Assembly (NCBI GenBank): GCA_964477525.1
Contig: CAYZHY010000014.1
Location: 9,501-41,500, forward strand
Reading direction: 5' to 3'
Length of the DNA: 32,000 nucleotides
DNA from: an uncultured Geitlerinema sp.
GTDB lineage: Bacteria > Cyanobacteriota > Cyanobacteriia > Cyanobacteriales > PCC-9228
In this document: positions 1 to 9,843 of the stretch, in pieces
Position numbering within the stretch: the first letter of the stretch is position 1
Layout: each line of letters opens with the position of its first letter
Made by a program: the position numbers and the translations under genes
Notes under the pieces: generated by a model
Database searches by the model: none
Seen by the model: the letters and a program-made list of their open reading frames with translations, nothing else
Told to the model about the DNA's origin: nothing

Positions 1-39
1 TGGGGGATAGAAGGGAGAACTCCCCTTAGGATGGTCTAT

Positions 40-714
40 TTAAGCAACGGTCCAAAGTTTTCCCAGCGGAGATTTTTTCATCCAATCCAGAAATTGTTTT
101 TTTTCCGATGCTTCCATATCCTCCAAGATATCCAAAGCCCGCTCTGTAAAACTAGCATTTCCAAAGTAGGATTTGCCCAAACGGTGCAGTTCTTGCAGCA
201 AGGTAATTAGGTGGTGTTCCTGCCAGTTGGGAACTGAAGGATCTTCGAGAGGGTCGATTTCCAGCCACTTTTTCACCTGTTGAGGTTGTTCGGCTTGGGG
301 AAAACGCCACTGGCTGAGTATGTTCGCCAGTTCTTTTTGAAAGGAACCAGCTTGCCGCTTACCAAGCAAATCCTCCACATCGAAATAGACAGCTTGTAAC
401 AAGAGCAAGCAAGCTTGCGTAAAGAAAGGAGCTACATCACCGCTAGCGCCCGCATGCAGGTTTTCTTTGAGCTGTTCGATACGAACTTTGCCCCACACAC
501 TATAGCGGTCTTCTTCTTCTAACAGTACGCAAGCCTTCCCCCGGTTATCGGTCAGTTCCCGCCAAAAGGCCCTGGCTTCATCAGCTTGCTGGGTGTTAAA
601 AACTGTAATCAGGCGAAATGTTTGTCCCTGATAGTTCAAAATTGGAATTTGCTGACCGCTTTTGGGGTGTTGAACGCTAGAAACTTCAACATCCTGCTGT
701 TTCAGAATAAACAT
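40..714 (-). CDS. conserved hypothetical protein (no recognisable catalytic motif)
   Basis: Uninterrupted 224-aa ATG ORF with no competing long ORF. Composition is protein-like with a helical/acidic C-terminal half. I do not recognise the family. Confidence 0.55.
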   Translation of the reverse strand: MFILKQQDVEVSSVQHPKSGQQIPILNYQGQTFRLITVFNTQQADEARAFWRELTDNRGKACVLLEEEDRYSVWGKVRIEQLKENLHAGASGDVAPFFTQACLLLLQAVYFDVEDLLGKRQAGSFQKELANILSQWRFPQAEQPQQVKKWLEIDPLEDPSVPNWQEHHLITLLQELHRLGKSYFGNASFTERALDILEDMEASEKKQFLDWMKKSPLGKLWTVA

Positions 715-933
715 GACACTTTAAAGAGACTCCTCAACGAGCCAGAAGTGCACTAATCACGATGCAAGAGCAATTCAATAAAATTGCTATCAATAGCATC
801 ATTCCCCTAACTTAACTAGGTGTTACATGCAGTTGCCCAACTTGACTCAGAGCCAGGCGATCGCCCGTCGAATTGACGTTGATACTTCGATCTATCTTAG
901 TCCATAACGCAACGTTGTCTGAATAGTTTGGTG

Positions 934-971
934 GCATGGGAGCATGGGAGCATGGGGGCATGGGGGCATGG
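934..971. repeat. 8-nt tandem repeat GCATGGGR, about 4.75 copies
   Basis: Read directly: gcatggga gcatggga gcatgggg gcatgggg gcatgg. Intergenic, about 155 nt upstream of tRNA-Arg. Confidence 0.9.
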
Positions 972-1127
972 TCGAAAACAATTCATTGTACTTTATCTAT
1001 GTACTTTTCTATCTTCCACGCTCGGTACGCGCGATCGCCTTCAGCTACAGACTTGCCTTATCCCCCCATAGCTGGGTATAATTGAACCGGCGCAATGGCA
1101 GTTGTTGCTTAAAAACGACCCTTGCGA

Positions 1128-1201
1128 GGGTGCGTAACTCAGGCGGATAGAGTAGCTGCCTTCTAAGCAGCGAGTCGCAGGTTCGAGTCCTGCCGCACCC
1201 G
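1128..1201 (+). tRNA. tRNA-Arg (anticodon UCU)
   Basis: Hand-folded cloverleaf. Acceptor GGGTGCG/CGCACCC, D stem ACTC/GAGT, anticodon stem GCTGC/GCAGC with loop CT-TCT-AA. 5-nt variable loop, T stem GCAGG/CCTGC with TTCGAGT loop, discriminator G. CCA is not encoded. Confidence 0.93.
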
Positions 1202-1388
1202 TGTTTTTTTTCTAGAAACCAAACAGCGATCGCTTCGTGCATTCAGCTCGTTGATTGCTATTTTATTTGTTGATCGGTACCTTCATACTTTTTTTAGAGG
1301 AGGATGGCTGCTAACAATCCCCCCTTTCCCGTAAAATAGCAGGGTGACATCGATCGCTTTTTGCTATCGCGCATCCTAATCAAACTTT

Positions 1389-2972
1389 ATGGATTTTTCT
1401 GCAATTTCCGCACAGCTGAATGTCGGCGCTATTTTGCCAGAAAGTATCGTTGTGGGAACCCTGTTGCTGGTTCTCATTAGCGATTTAATTATGGGGCGTT
1501 CCTCTTCGCGATGGACCCCTTACCTAGCGGTGGCTGGCTTGTTGGCTGCCATGGTTTCCCTGTTCTTTCTTTGGGATAGTGCAGAACCCATTGCCTTTTT
1601 GGGTAGCTTCAGCAGCGATAACCTCAGCATTATCTTTCGTGGCATCATTGCCCTCTCGACTGTCTTTACGATTTTGATCTCGGTCTCCTATGTGGAGCGT
1701 AGCAGTACGTCGATGGCTGAGTTTATCGGCATTCTGCTCGCTGCTACCCTGGGAGCGATGTTCCTGTCGGGAGCCAACGAACTGGTCGCTGTTTTTATTT
1801 CCCTGGAAACTTTGAGTGTGTCTTCGTATATCCTCACCGGATATATGAAACGCGATCCCCGTTCCAACGAAGCGGCTTTGAAATATCTCTTAATTGGAGC
1901 GGCCAGTTCGGCGATTTTCCTGTACAGTGCCTCGCTGCTATACGGTTTCTCCGGCGGGGAAACCAACTTAGGGGAAATTGGTGCCAGTTTGGCAGCTACC
2001 AGTGGTGACAATTCCCTGGTTATTATTATCGCCTTAGTGTTCGCGATCGCGGGCATCGCGTTCAAAATTTCTGCAGCTCCTTTCCACCAATGGACTCCTG
2101 ACGTATACGAAGGGTCTCCCACCCCGGTGGTTGCCTTCTTGTCTGTCGGTTCCAAAGCGGGCGGTTTTGCCCTAGCCATTCGCCTGTTACTCTCCATTTT
2201 TCCCGCTGTCAGCGAACAGTGGCACTTTATTTTCACTGCCCTCGCCATTCTCAGCTTGGTTTTGGGCAACGTGGTGGCTTTGGCACAAACCAGCCTCAAA
2301 CGCATGCTGGCGTATTCTTCCATCGGTCAAGCCGGCTTTTTGATGATTGGGTTGATTGCCGATACGGAAGCTGGCTATTCCAGCACCATTTTCTACCTGC
2401 TGGTTTACCTGTTCATGAACTTGGGAGCTTTCGCCGGCGTTATTCTGTTCTCCCTACGTACTGGAACCGACCAAATTAGCGAATACGCGGGATTGTATCA
2501 AAAAGACCCCTTGCTCACGGCTGCTTTGAGCATTTGCCTGCTGTCTCTCGGCGGCATTCCACCTTTGGCTGGTTTCTTTGGCAAACTGTATCTATTCTGG
2601 GCAGGTTGGCAAGCCGGTTTGTATTTTCTAGTATTTTTGGGATTGATTGCCAGCGTGGCCTCCATCTACTACTACATACGAGTTGTCAAAATGATGGTGG
2701 TCAAAGAACCCCAGGAAATGTCCGAATCCGTCCGCAACTATCCAACTGTTAGTTGGAGTTTGCCCGGCATGCGTCCGCTGCAAGTGGGACTGGTTCTGTC
2801 TATGGTCGCTGCTGGCCTTACCGGTATCTTATCCAATCCTATATTTACCATTGCCAATCGAGCAGTCACCCAAACCCCCTTGATGCAAAACACTGTGGCA
2901 CAAGTAGAATCAACCCAGAGCATGGCCAACCAATCCCAATCTCCTGAAGACATGGCTTCGAGTTCTCGGTAA
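1389..2972 (+). CDS. ndhB: NAD(P)H-quinone oxidoreductase (NDH-1) subunit 2, NdhB
   Basis: 527-aa polytopic membrane protein. N-terminus and internal blocks ([39 protein letters not shown]) are typical of NdhB/NuoN. Confidence 0.93.
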   Translation: MDFSAISAQLNVGAILPESIVVGTLLLVLISDLIMGRSSSRWTPYLAVAGLLAAMVSLFFLWDSAEPIAFLGSFSSDNLSIIFRGIIALSTVFTILISVSYVERSSTSMAEFIGILLAATLGAMFLSGANELVAVFISLETLSVSSYILTGYMKRDPRSNEAALKYLLIGAASSAIFLYSASLLYGFSGGETNLGEIGASLAATSGDNSLVIIIALVFAIAGIAFKISAAPFHQWTPDVYEGSPTPVVAFLSVGSKAGGFALAIRLLLSIFPAVSEQWHFIFTALAILSLVLGNVVALAQTSLKRMLAYSSIGQAGFLMIGLIADTEAGYSSTIFYLLVYLFMNLGAFAGVILFSLRTGTDQISEYAGLYQKDPLLTAALSICLLSLGGIPPLAGFFGKLYLFWAGWQAGLYFLVFLGLIASVASIYYYIRVVKMMVVKEPQEMSESVRNYPTVSWSLPGMRPLQVGLVLSMVAAGLTGILSNPIFTIANRAVTQTPLMQNTVAQVESTQSMANQSQSPEDMASSSR

Positions 2973-3003
2973 CGATTCTCGCGATATTGGTTGTTTTTGC
3001 GGT

Positions 3004-3047
3004 CAGAAGCTACAGCAATCTCTTGGCTGGGCTTCTGGCTTTTTTTA
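3004..3047 (+). terminator. rho-independent terminator downstream of ndhB
   Basis: Hairpin CAGAAGC-(ta)-CAGC / GCTG-(g)-GCTTCTG at 3004-3037. It is followed by GC and a run of 7 T (3040-3046). Confidence 0.65.
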
Positions 3048-3144
3048 TGGCAAATTTTTGGCAAAAATGCCACGAGTCTGGCCGGCAAAACGTTCTAACA
3101 TGGGAATATACGCTCACCCATTTTGGTTCTAAGGTCGTTGAACT

Positions 3145-3168
3145 GTAGGGTGGGCAATGTCCCCCTAC
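3145..3168. repeat. GC-rich hairpin repeat, GGGTGGG..CCCAC family
   Basis: gtagggtgggcaatgtccccctac. Outer stem GTAGGG/CCCTAC. Resembles the hairpins at 6855 and 27466. Confidence 0.5.
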
Positions 3169-3336
3169 GAGCGCGTTTAGTTTCATTTTGTAGCTATAGC
3201 AATGGTCCCAAGAACCGGTGCCTTTGGCATCATCACTAAAGTTTCTAATTTGAAAACAATTTAGCCATTATGTTGCCCACCATTTTAGGCTAGACGCTCT
3301 ACTAGACACCCCACTGCCGCCATTGATTAAACTTTC

Positions 3337-3888
3337 ATGAACGTTGAGATTCTCTCCTCAGAGGAAATTCGCCGCACCATTACTCGTTTGTCCTCGGAAA
3401 TTATCGAACGGACAGCGGATTTAGAGCATTTGGCCCTTCTCGGCATTTACACCCGGGGCGTGCCTTTGGCTCATTTACTGGCAGAGCAAATCCAAGCCTT
3501 GGAATCAGTGGAAGTTTTCGTGGGGGCTCTCGATATTACCTTCTACCGCGACGATTTGGACCAAATTGGCTTGCGTACTCCTGCCAAAGATAATATTCCC
3601 CCCAGCATCAGCGGCAAAACCATTGTTTTGGTCGATGATGTAATTTACACCGGACGTACCATTCGCGCTGCTCTCAATGCCATTTACGATTACGGTAGAC
3701 CCCAAGCCGTACGTTTGGCTGTCTTGGTAGACCGCGGACACCGAGAATTGCCCATTCACCCGGATTTTATCGGCAAAAATCTACCAACTTCGAGAGACGA
3801 AAAAGTAAAAGTATGCCTGCAAAGTATTGATGGCAAAGATACTGTCGAACTACTGAAAACGCCTACTTATAGCAACTATCCTTTATGA
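3337..3888 (+). CDS. pyrR: bifunctional pyrimidine regulatory protein / uracil phosphoribosyltransferase PyrR
   Basis: 183 aa. PRPP-binding signature [17 protein letters not shown], with N-terminal and C-terminal blocks typical of PyrR. Confidence 0.88.
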   Translation: MNVEILSSEEIRRTITRLSSEIIERTADLEHLALLGIYTRGVPLAHLLAEQIQALESVEVFVGALDITFYRDDLDQIGLRTPAKDNIPPSISGKTIVLVDDVIYTGRTIRAALNAIYDYGRPQAVRLAVLVDRGHRELPIHPDFIGKNLPTSRDEKVKVCLQSIDGKDTVELLKTPTYSNYPL

Positions 3889-4949
3889 GCGAACCATCTG
3901 CCAATGCCAACGCTGCCGGTGAGGCACAAACCCAAACCCGCAAGGCAGACCACCTGCGTGTCTGTCTGGAATCCGACGTTCAATTTCGTCAAACCACCAC
4001 GGGATTGGAACGCTATCGTTTCGTTCACTGCTGTTTGCCGGAACTCGATGGTGCTGAGGTTGATTGCAGTACCAGCTTTTTGGGGAAATTTTTACAAGCA
4101 CCGTTGTTGATTTCTTCTATGACCGGCGGTACGGAAACTGCCAAACGCATTAACGAACGACTGGCAGAAGTAGCCCAATTCTATCAAATTGCTATGGGTG
4201 TAGGCTCGATGCGGGTGGCGCTGGAAAAGCCAGAAGTGGTGGATACGTTTGCCATGCGGCGGATTGCTCCCGATGCTTTGCTGTTTGCCAATTTGGGCGC
4301 GGTGCAGCTGAACTATCAATATGGGGTTGATGAGTACCAACGGGCAGTGGATTTGCTGCAGGCGGATGCGCTAATTTTGCATTTGAATCCGTTGCAGGAA
4401 TGCGTGCAGACAAACGGAGATGTTAATTTTCAGGGATTACTTGACAAAATTGCGGATTTATGTTCTAAGGTAAGCGTACCAGTGATGGCCAAGGAAGTAG
4501 GCAATGGCATTTCGGCAGCCATGGCACAGAAATTGCAGGCGGCGGGGGTAGCGGCTATTGATGTGGCTGGTGCTGGTGGCACTTCTTGGGCTAAGGTAGA
4601 AGGACAGCGTTCGTCGAATGTGAAATCCCGGCGTTTGGGACAAACGTTTGCTGACTGGGGATTGCCGACGGCGGAGTGTTTGGAAAACATTCACCAGTTG
4701 GATTTGCCGGTTTCGCTGATTGCTTCTGGTGGCATTCAAAATGGTTTGGAAGTTGCCAAAGCGATCGCATTGGGAGCCGATTTAGTAGGATTGGCCCGAC
4801 CCTTTCTCCAAGCGGCAGCCGAGTCTTCCGAAGCTGTCTATACGTTAGCGGATATTCTGATGGCAGAAATGAAAACAGCCCTGTTTTGTACGGGCAATGC
4901 CAATTTCCAACAACTGCGCCAATCCCAGTGTTGGGAAAAAATTCAATAG
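3885..4949 (+). CDS. fni: type 2 (FMN-dependent) isopentenyl-diphosphate delta-isomerase
   Basis: 354 aa. Blocks [22 protein letters not shown]....[17 protein letters not shown] are typical of IDI-2. The start ATG (3885-3887) overlaps the pyrR TGA (3886-3888). Confidence 0.88.
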   Translation: MSEPSANANAAGEAQTQTRKADHLRVCLESDVQFRQTTTGLERYRFVHCCLPELDGAEVDCSTSFLGKFLQAPLLISSMTGGTETAKRINERLAEVAQFYQIAMGVGSMRVALEKPEVVDTFAMRRIAPDALLFANLGAVQLNYQYGVDEYQRAVDLLQADALILHLNPLQECVQTNGDVNFQGLLDKIADLCSKVSVPVMAKEVGNGISAAMAQKLQAAGVAAIDVAGAGGTSWAKVEGQRSSNVKSRRLGQTFADWGLPTAECLENIHQLDLPVSLIASGGIQNGLEVAKAIALGADLVGLARPFLQAAAESSEAVYTLADILMAEMKTALFCTGNANFQQLRQSQCWEKIQ

Positions 4950-4975
4950 ATTTTAAATTGACTTGGTAAATTTTT

Positions 4976-6808
4976 ATGCGTAGCTTCTTCAAATATACGT
5001 TTGCCACTCTGGTAGGCAGTTTTGTAGGATTATTTCTATTTTTAGGCGTAGGTTTTGGCTCTCTTATATGGCTGATTGTTTCCACAGCCAGCAAAACGGG
5101 AGAACCCACCGTTGAAGATAAATCGGTTTTGGTTTTCGATCTATCGGCAAAAATTCGCGATACCCGACCGCAATTGAGCAGCCGCCAGGTGGTAGAAGGT
5201 GCTTTGGGTGAATCCGAAGATGAAAGCGTTCTTACATTGCGCAATGTTTTGCAAACGCTGGAAGCGGCGGCGGAAGATGACAAAATCGTGGGGTTGTATT
5301 TGCAGGGAAGCACTTCCGAAAATACGACCGGTTATGCCATTTTGCAGGAAGTACGCCAGGCTTTGGACGAATTCAGGGAATCGGGCAAACCCATCTACGC
5401 CTACGACCTGAATTGGAGCGAAAAAGAATATTATTTAGCTTCCGCTGCCAATAAATTGTTTGTCAATCCCACTGGTATGGTAGCGATTAACGGCTTTAGT
5501 TCCCGTACGACTTTTTACAAAGAGGCGCTGGATAAATACGGCATTGGCATTCAGGTAATTCGTGCTGGGGAATACAAATCGGCGGTAGAACCGTACCAAC
5601 GTACGGAATTGAGCGAGGCGAACCGCCAGCAAACCCAACAACTGCTCAACGATATTTGGCGGGAATTTCGGATAACAGCCAGCCAAAATCGCGAATTCGA
5701 CGCGCAAGGTTTGCAACAAGTAGCCAGCGAGTGGGGGTTGATCCAACCACAAACAGCGACATCAAAAAATTTGGTAGATGAGGTGGCTTATTTTGACGAA
5801 GTGACGGCGCAATTGCAAGAGCTGACCCAGCAAAGCAGCGAAGATACCACTTCGTTCCGGCAAGTGGGACTGGGAAAATACAAAAGCAGCCTCAACGATG
5901 GTTTGGTGGATGGTAGTGAGGAAGAAACCAACAACCAAGTAGCGGTGGTTTACGCAGAAGGAGCAATTGTTCCTGGTAGCGGTACTTTGCAGCAGGTGGG
6001 TAGCACTCGATTTAGCAAACAGTTACGTAAATTGCGCGAGGATGATAAGGTAAAAGCCATTGTCATGCGGGTTAACAGCCCTGGGGGCAGCGCTACAGCT
6101 TCGGAGGTAATTCAACGGGAAGTGAAACTTACCCAACAAAAGAAACCCATTGTGATTTCTATGGGCAATTATGCGGCTTCTGGAGGATATCTCATTTCTA
6201 CCTATGGGAGCAAGATTTATGCGGAACCCAATACGATTACGGGGTCGATTGGGGTGTATGGCTTGCTTCCCAACGTTCAGGAGTTGGGGAACGATTTGGG
6301 AATTACCTGGGATGGCGTGAAAACCAATCCATTTGCGGATTTAAATACGATTAGCCGTCCCAAAACAGAAGCAGAGATGCAAAAATTGCAGCAGATGGTG
6401 CAACAATCCTACGATCGCTTTTTGGCAGATGTTGCCCAAGGTCGGGGGTTGGAACGGTCAAAGGTAGCGGATTTGGCGCAAGGTCGCGTTTGGTCTGGGG
6501 TTCAGGCACAAAAGGAGGGATTGGTTGACGAATTGGGTGGTTTGGAAGATGCGATCGCGGAAGCCGCGTCAATGGCAGAATTGGACCAATGGCAGGTGCA
6601 GGAATATCCCAAACGGAGCAGTTTTGAAGAACGTTTGTTGAAACAATTCCTACAAAGTCGTGTCGGTGGGGATAACCCAGGTTCGCTGGTGGAAAGCCAG
6701 TTGCAGCAGGAGTGGCAGCGCCTCAAACAGCAAATGGAATTGCTGGCGACCCTCAACGACCCACAGCATATCTACGCTCTGATGCCTTATAAAATAGAAA
6801 TTGATTGA
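4976..6808 (+). CDS. sppA: signal peptide peptidase SppA, 67K type
   Basis: 610 aa with an N-terminal TM helix and two tandem S49/ClpP-fold halves. The second half carries VNSPGGSATASE and ISMGNYAASGGY. Confidence 0.88.
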   Translation: MRSFFKYTFATLVGSFVGLFLFLGVGFGSLIWLIVSTASKTGEPTVEDKSVLVFDLSAKIRDTRPQLSSRQVVEGALGESEDESVLTLRNVLQTLEAAAEDDKIVGLYLQGSTSENTTGYAILQEVRQALDEFRESGKPIYAYDLNWSEKEYYLASAANKLFVNPTGMVAINGFSSRTTFYKEALDKYGIGIQVIRAGEYKSAVEPYQRTELSEANRQQTQQLLNDIWREFRITASQNREFDAQGLQQVASEWGLIQPQTATSKNLVDEVAYFDEVTAQLQELTQQSSEDTTSFRQVGLGKYKSSLNDGLVDGSEEETNNQVAVVYAEGAIVPGSGTLQQVGSTRFSKQLRKLREDDKVKAIVMRVNSPGGSATASEVIQREVKLTQQKKPIVISMGNYAASGGYLISTYGSKIYAEPNTITGSIGVYGLLPNVQELGNDLGITWDGVKTNPFADLNTISRPKTEAEMQKLQQMVQQSYDRFLADVAQGRGLERSKVADLAQGRVWSGVQAQKEGLVDELGGLEDAIAEAASMAELDQWQVQEYPKRSSFEERLLKQFLQSRVGGDNPGSLVESQLQQEWQRLKQQMELLATLNDPQHIYALMPYKIEID

Positions 6809-6854
6809 TAGAAAGCTAGCAAGCGATCGCTTTAGCTGTTTCCAATAAAGTTTT

Positions 6855-6884
6855 GTCGGGTGGGTATTGCCCACTCGACTTTTA
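6855..6884 (+). terminator. rho-independent terminator downstream of sppA (GGGTGGG hairpin family)
   Basis: GTCGGGTGGG-tattg-CCCACTCGAC, a 10-bp stem with one G-U pair, followed by TTTTAT. Confidence 0.6.
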
Positions 6885-6927
6885 TAAATTGACTTTTTCC
6901 AAGAAATTGCAGATTTGGATTAATTTC

Positions 6928-7221
6928 TCAATAGAGATGCTCTGGTTGCTGGTAATCTAAATAGGCATTTGCCGGTTCAAAATCGCTACAGTTAATCGCT
7001 TCTTCGGTAAAAGCATCCTTAGGGCGTACGGTGCATTTGAGTCGATAGTCTCCCGTACAAAAAGCACAGCGATCGCAAGGGATTTGATGTACGCGCTGTA
7101 TCTGGGCAATGCCTTTTTTGAGATTGCGCCAGAAAGCAGATAGCAGCAAACCTACAAACAACCAAGCAAACAAACTACGAAAAAGGACAAATAGATCGAA
7201 GCTCGTGTCAGCCATTACCAT
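6928..7221 (-). CDS. small membrane-anchored Cys-rich protein (hypothetical)
   Basis: Start trimmed to the ATG at 7221, which is preceded by GGGAG; an alternative ATG lies at 7215. One hydrophobic helix (LFVLFRSLFAWLFVGLLLSAFW), then CDRCAFCTGDYRLKCTVRP...INCSDF. Same strand as the IsiA-like genes and 124 nt downstream of them. Confidence 0.55.
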   Translation of the reverse strand: MVMADTSFDLFVLFRSLFAWLFVGLLLSAFWRNLKKGIAQIQRVHQIPCDRCAFCTGDYRLKCTVRPKDAFTEEAINCSDFEPANAYLDYQQPEHLY

Positions 7222-7270
7222 AAATCTCCCAATATCAAACACTGTCAAACCAGACTCGCCAAATGGTTCG

Positions 7271-7299
7271 GTAGGGGTACTTACGCGAAGCACCCCTAC
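7271..7299. repeat. hairpin repeat, GTAGGGG..CCCCTA family
   Basis: gtaggggtacttacgcgaagcacccctac: 11 bp paired with one mismatch and a 5-nt loop. Lies between the third IsiA-like gene and the small Cys-rich gene. Confidence 0.55.
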
Positions 7300-7345
7300 T
7301 TTCAAGAGGCTCTATGGCAACCTTCCCAAAGCTAGTTAGCGAATC

Positions 7346-8422
7346 CTACCGAGAAGTGCCCACGGCTTCTTGGGAAGGAGAAGAAGCCACCACTTCCGAG
7401 GAGCGACCTTCCCAAAGTTGGGCAATCTTGCTGAAATCAACCCCAGCAGCGCGCAAAGCATGCCAGAGGTGACCTTGCAGGAAGAAAAAGGCAAGGAAAA
7501 AGTGAGCGTTAGCCAGCCAAGCACGAGGTGTATACGTTCCTGGTTCCAACTGTGCCGTATCTGCAAAATACGGGACAAAACTAACCTGCAATTCCAACGT
7601 GGGACCGTAAAATTCTGTGGGATAAGCCAGGGTATTGAAAGCGCAGAAAGCAGTCGCAACGAATCCTGCCAAGGCAATACCGCCCAACGAGTAAGACAAA
7701 ATGGCTTCTCCCGAGAAATTCAGCAAGCGTTTTGCCCAAGCAAAAGGTTCCTGCACGATGTGCCAAATTCCGCCTGCCAACAGCAAAATGGCAACGTAGA
7801 TATGACCGCCGACCAAATCCTCTAGATTATCAATCCAGAGAAAATCGGTTTGATAGCTGTAAATCACCCAAGGATTGAGGGTAGGATTGGTCACCTGACG
7901 CACCTCACCCAAATTGGGGTCGTAGAGACCACCACCAGCAGTAGCGTGGAAAACAAAGAGCAATGCACCCAATCCCAGAAAAATCAAATGGATACCGAGA
8001 ATCGACCCCAGTTTTTTCGGGTCGTTCCACTCAAAATGGAATTTGGCAGCGCCACCGGAAGCCTGTTTCAAATCGCTGGGAACGCGAACTTGGTGGAAGA
8101 AAGCACCCAATCCCAACACGCCAGAAGAAATCAGATGGACTACGCCTACCACATAAAAGGGATAGGTATCGATCGCTTCTGGACCTTCTGTCATTCCCAA
8201 GCCTAAAGCCGCCAAATGGGGCAACAGAATCAACCCCTGTTCGTACATGGGGGCTGCTGGGTTATACTGGGAGAGTTCGAAGAGGGTAAACGCACCTGCC
8301 CAAAACACAATCAGGGCAGCGTGGGCAATGTGGGCGGTGAGAAACGTACCGGATAAATTAGCCAGCCGGGCGTTTCCCGCCCACCATCCATATCGGACTT
8401 GAGAGTTTCCGTAAGTTTGCAT
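7346..8422 (-). CDS. isiA: IsiA/CP43'-family chlorophyll-binding antenna protein (third gene of cluster)
   Basis: 358 aa. N-terminus [20 protein letters not shown]...[16 protein letters not shown] and six-helix CP43-like blocks without the large lumenal loop. GAGGAGG SD lies 5 nt upstream of the ATG. Confidence 0.88.
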   Translation of the reverse strand: MQTYGNSQVRYGWWAGNARLANLSGTFLTAHIAHAALIVFWAGAFTLFELSQYNPAAPMYEQGLILLPHLAALGLGMTEGPEAIDTYPFYVVGVVHLISSGVLGLGAFFHQVRVPSDLKQASGGAAKFHFEWNDPKKLGSILGIHLIFLGLGALLFVFHATAGGGLYDPNLGEVRQVTNPTLNPWVIYSYQTDFLWIDNLEDLVGGHIYVAILLLAGGIWHIVQEPFAWAKRLLNFSGEAILSYSLGGIALAGFVATAFCAFNTLAYPTEFYGPTLELQVSFVPYFADTAQLEPGTYTPRAWLANAHFFLAFFFLQGHLWHALRAAGVDFSKIAQLWEGRSSEVVASSPSQEAVGTSR

Positions 8423-8442
8423 AAATGCCTCCTCAATGCAAG

Positions 8443-9843
8443 TTAGTTAATCGTGCCGCGAAAGATAGCGTCGATGGTTTCAAAGTTTTGCAAGAGAAAG
8501 TAAGCGACCCAAGCGCCGCCAACGCCACCAATCAGGAAGCTAGCGCGAAATTGGTTCCAATCTTGTTGGTTTTGCAGCCAGTAGAAGATGGTGCCTTCCC
8601 GGCAAGCAGCGAGAACGACGGTTACGATGGCGATAATGGCTACAGCCGCTAGCAAAGCCGTTTGGCGCGCCCAACTGGGTTCGGAAAGCGGACTGAGGGT
8701 GACAAACGGACCCACCAGGAAATAACCGTGGGCCATACCAATTTCCAGTCCGCGCCACATAGGCGATAAACCGCGACGGTAAACGGGCAAATTGGCCAAA
8801 AATATCAGCGTTGCTTCGCCGGAACCAGTAGCATTGGAAGCAAAGACACCGCGACGCATATCAAAGCCACCAGTACGCGATCGCACTCTGACCGCATGCC
8901 AGATGTGCCCCACCAACAGCAGCGCTGCCAAAACCACATGGGTAGTTGCCAGCCAAGTACGGGGCGTGACCGCACCATTGGCGGTTTCCGACCAACCCAA
9001 AGGTCCGTAAAACTCTACTGGATAAGCCAAATCATTGGTGGTGACAAAATAAGCCGCCAAAAATCCAGCATAGGCCAAAGCCCCCAGGCTGTAGGACAAA
9101 TAAGCTTCGCCGGACCAATACAGCACATCTCGCGCCCACTTGTAAGGCTTCGAGACCACGTGCCAAATGCCACCGACGACACACAAAAGTCCGACCCAGA
9201 TATGGCCGCCAACCAGATCTTCCAAGTTATCCACGGCAGCCATCCCTTCTGGACCTTGCACTCCTACCAGATAGCCGAAAATGCGGATGGGATTTAACGT
9301 CGGGTCGCTGACAGCGCGAACGGACTGGATATTGGCATCGTACAAACCACCAGCGTAGGTTGCCTTAAACGCCAGCAGCAACGCTCCCAGTCCCAGTAAA
9401 ATCAAGTGAATGCCCAAAATGGAGGTCATTTTGTCTTGGTCTTGCCAGTCGTAACCGAAAAAGCCAGGAATCGACTTCTCTTGCGGCAAAACCTCCGGAC
9501 CTAACAGAGCGTGGTAAACACCACCAGCTGCCAAAACGGCGGAACTCACCAAATGTAGGACCCCCACAACCAAATAGGGATAGGTATCCACAATTTGTCC
9601 GCCATCAGCAACGCCCCATCCCAACGTTGCCAAATGCGGCAGCAGAATCAGTCCTTGTTCGTATAAAGGTTCGCCGGGATGGTAACGAGAAAGTTCGAAG
9701 AGGGTAAACGCGCCTGCCCAGAAAACGATTAAGGCTGCTTGCGCCACGTGCGCTCCCAGCAATCTTCCGGAAAGGTTCGTCAAACGCGCATTGCCTGCCC
9801 ACCAACCGTAGGCTCGTTCTGGAACCGTGGTTGTTGCCGTCAT
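8443..9843 (-). CDS. CP43'/IsiA-family chlorophyll-binding protein with C-terminal PsaL-like domain
   Basis: Start trimmed to [21 protein letters not shown] (ATG 9843-9841), which overlaps the upstream gene's TGA as ATGA. The last ~132 aa (nt 8446-8841) match PsaL blocks: [30 protein letters not shown] and [25 protein letters not shown]. Confidence 0.88.
   Translation of the reverse strand: MTATTTVPERAYGWWAGNARLTNLSGRLLGAHVAQAALIVFWAGAFTLFELSRYHPGEPLYEQGLILLPHLATLGWGVADGGQIVDTYPYLVVGVLHLVSSAVLAAGGVYHALLGPEVLPQEKSIPGFFGYDWQDQDKMTSILGIHLILLGLGALLLAFKATYAGGLYDANIQSVRAVSDPTLNPIRIFGYLVGVQGPEGMAAVDNLEDLVGGHIWVGLLCVVGGIWHVVSKPYKWARDVLYWSGEAYLSYSLGALAYAGFLAAYFVTTNDLAYPVEFYGPLGWSETANGAVTPRTWLATTHVVLAALLLVGHIWHAVRVRSRTGGFDMRRGVFASNATGSGEATLIFLANLPVYRRGLSPMWRGLEIGMAHGYFLVGPFVTLSPLSEPSWARQTALLAAVAIIAIVTVVLAACREGTIFYWLQNQQDWNQFRASFLIGGVGGAWVAYFLLQNFETIDAIFRGTIN

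Noticed and set aside
1045-1242. 65-aa minus-strand ORF
   Set aside because: It lies directly over the tRNA-Arg(UCU) gene (1128-1201). It is an artefact of a stop-free stretch.
1688-2323. 211-aa minus-strand ORF inside ndhB, plus several 60-120-aa ORFs at 2219-3088
   Set aside because: They are antisense to, or out of frame with, a strongly supported ndhB. Composition is Ala/Arg/Pro-biased, as is typical of shadow ORFs.
4591-5313. 240-aa minus-strand ORF spanning the fni/sppA junction
   Set aside because: It overlaps two well-supported + strand genes and the intergenic gap. It has no recognisable motifs and is a shadow ORF.
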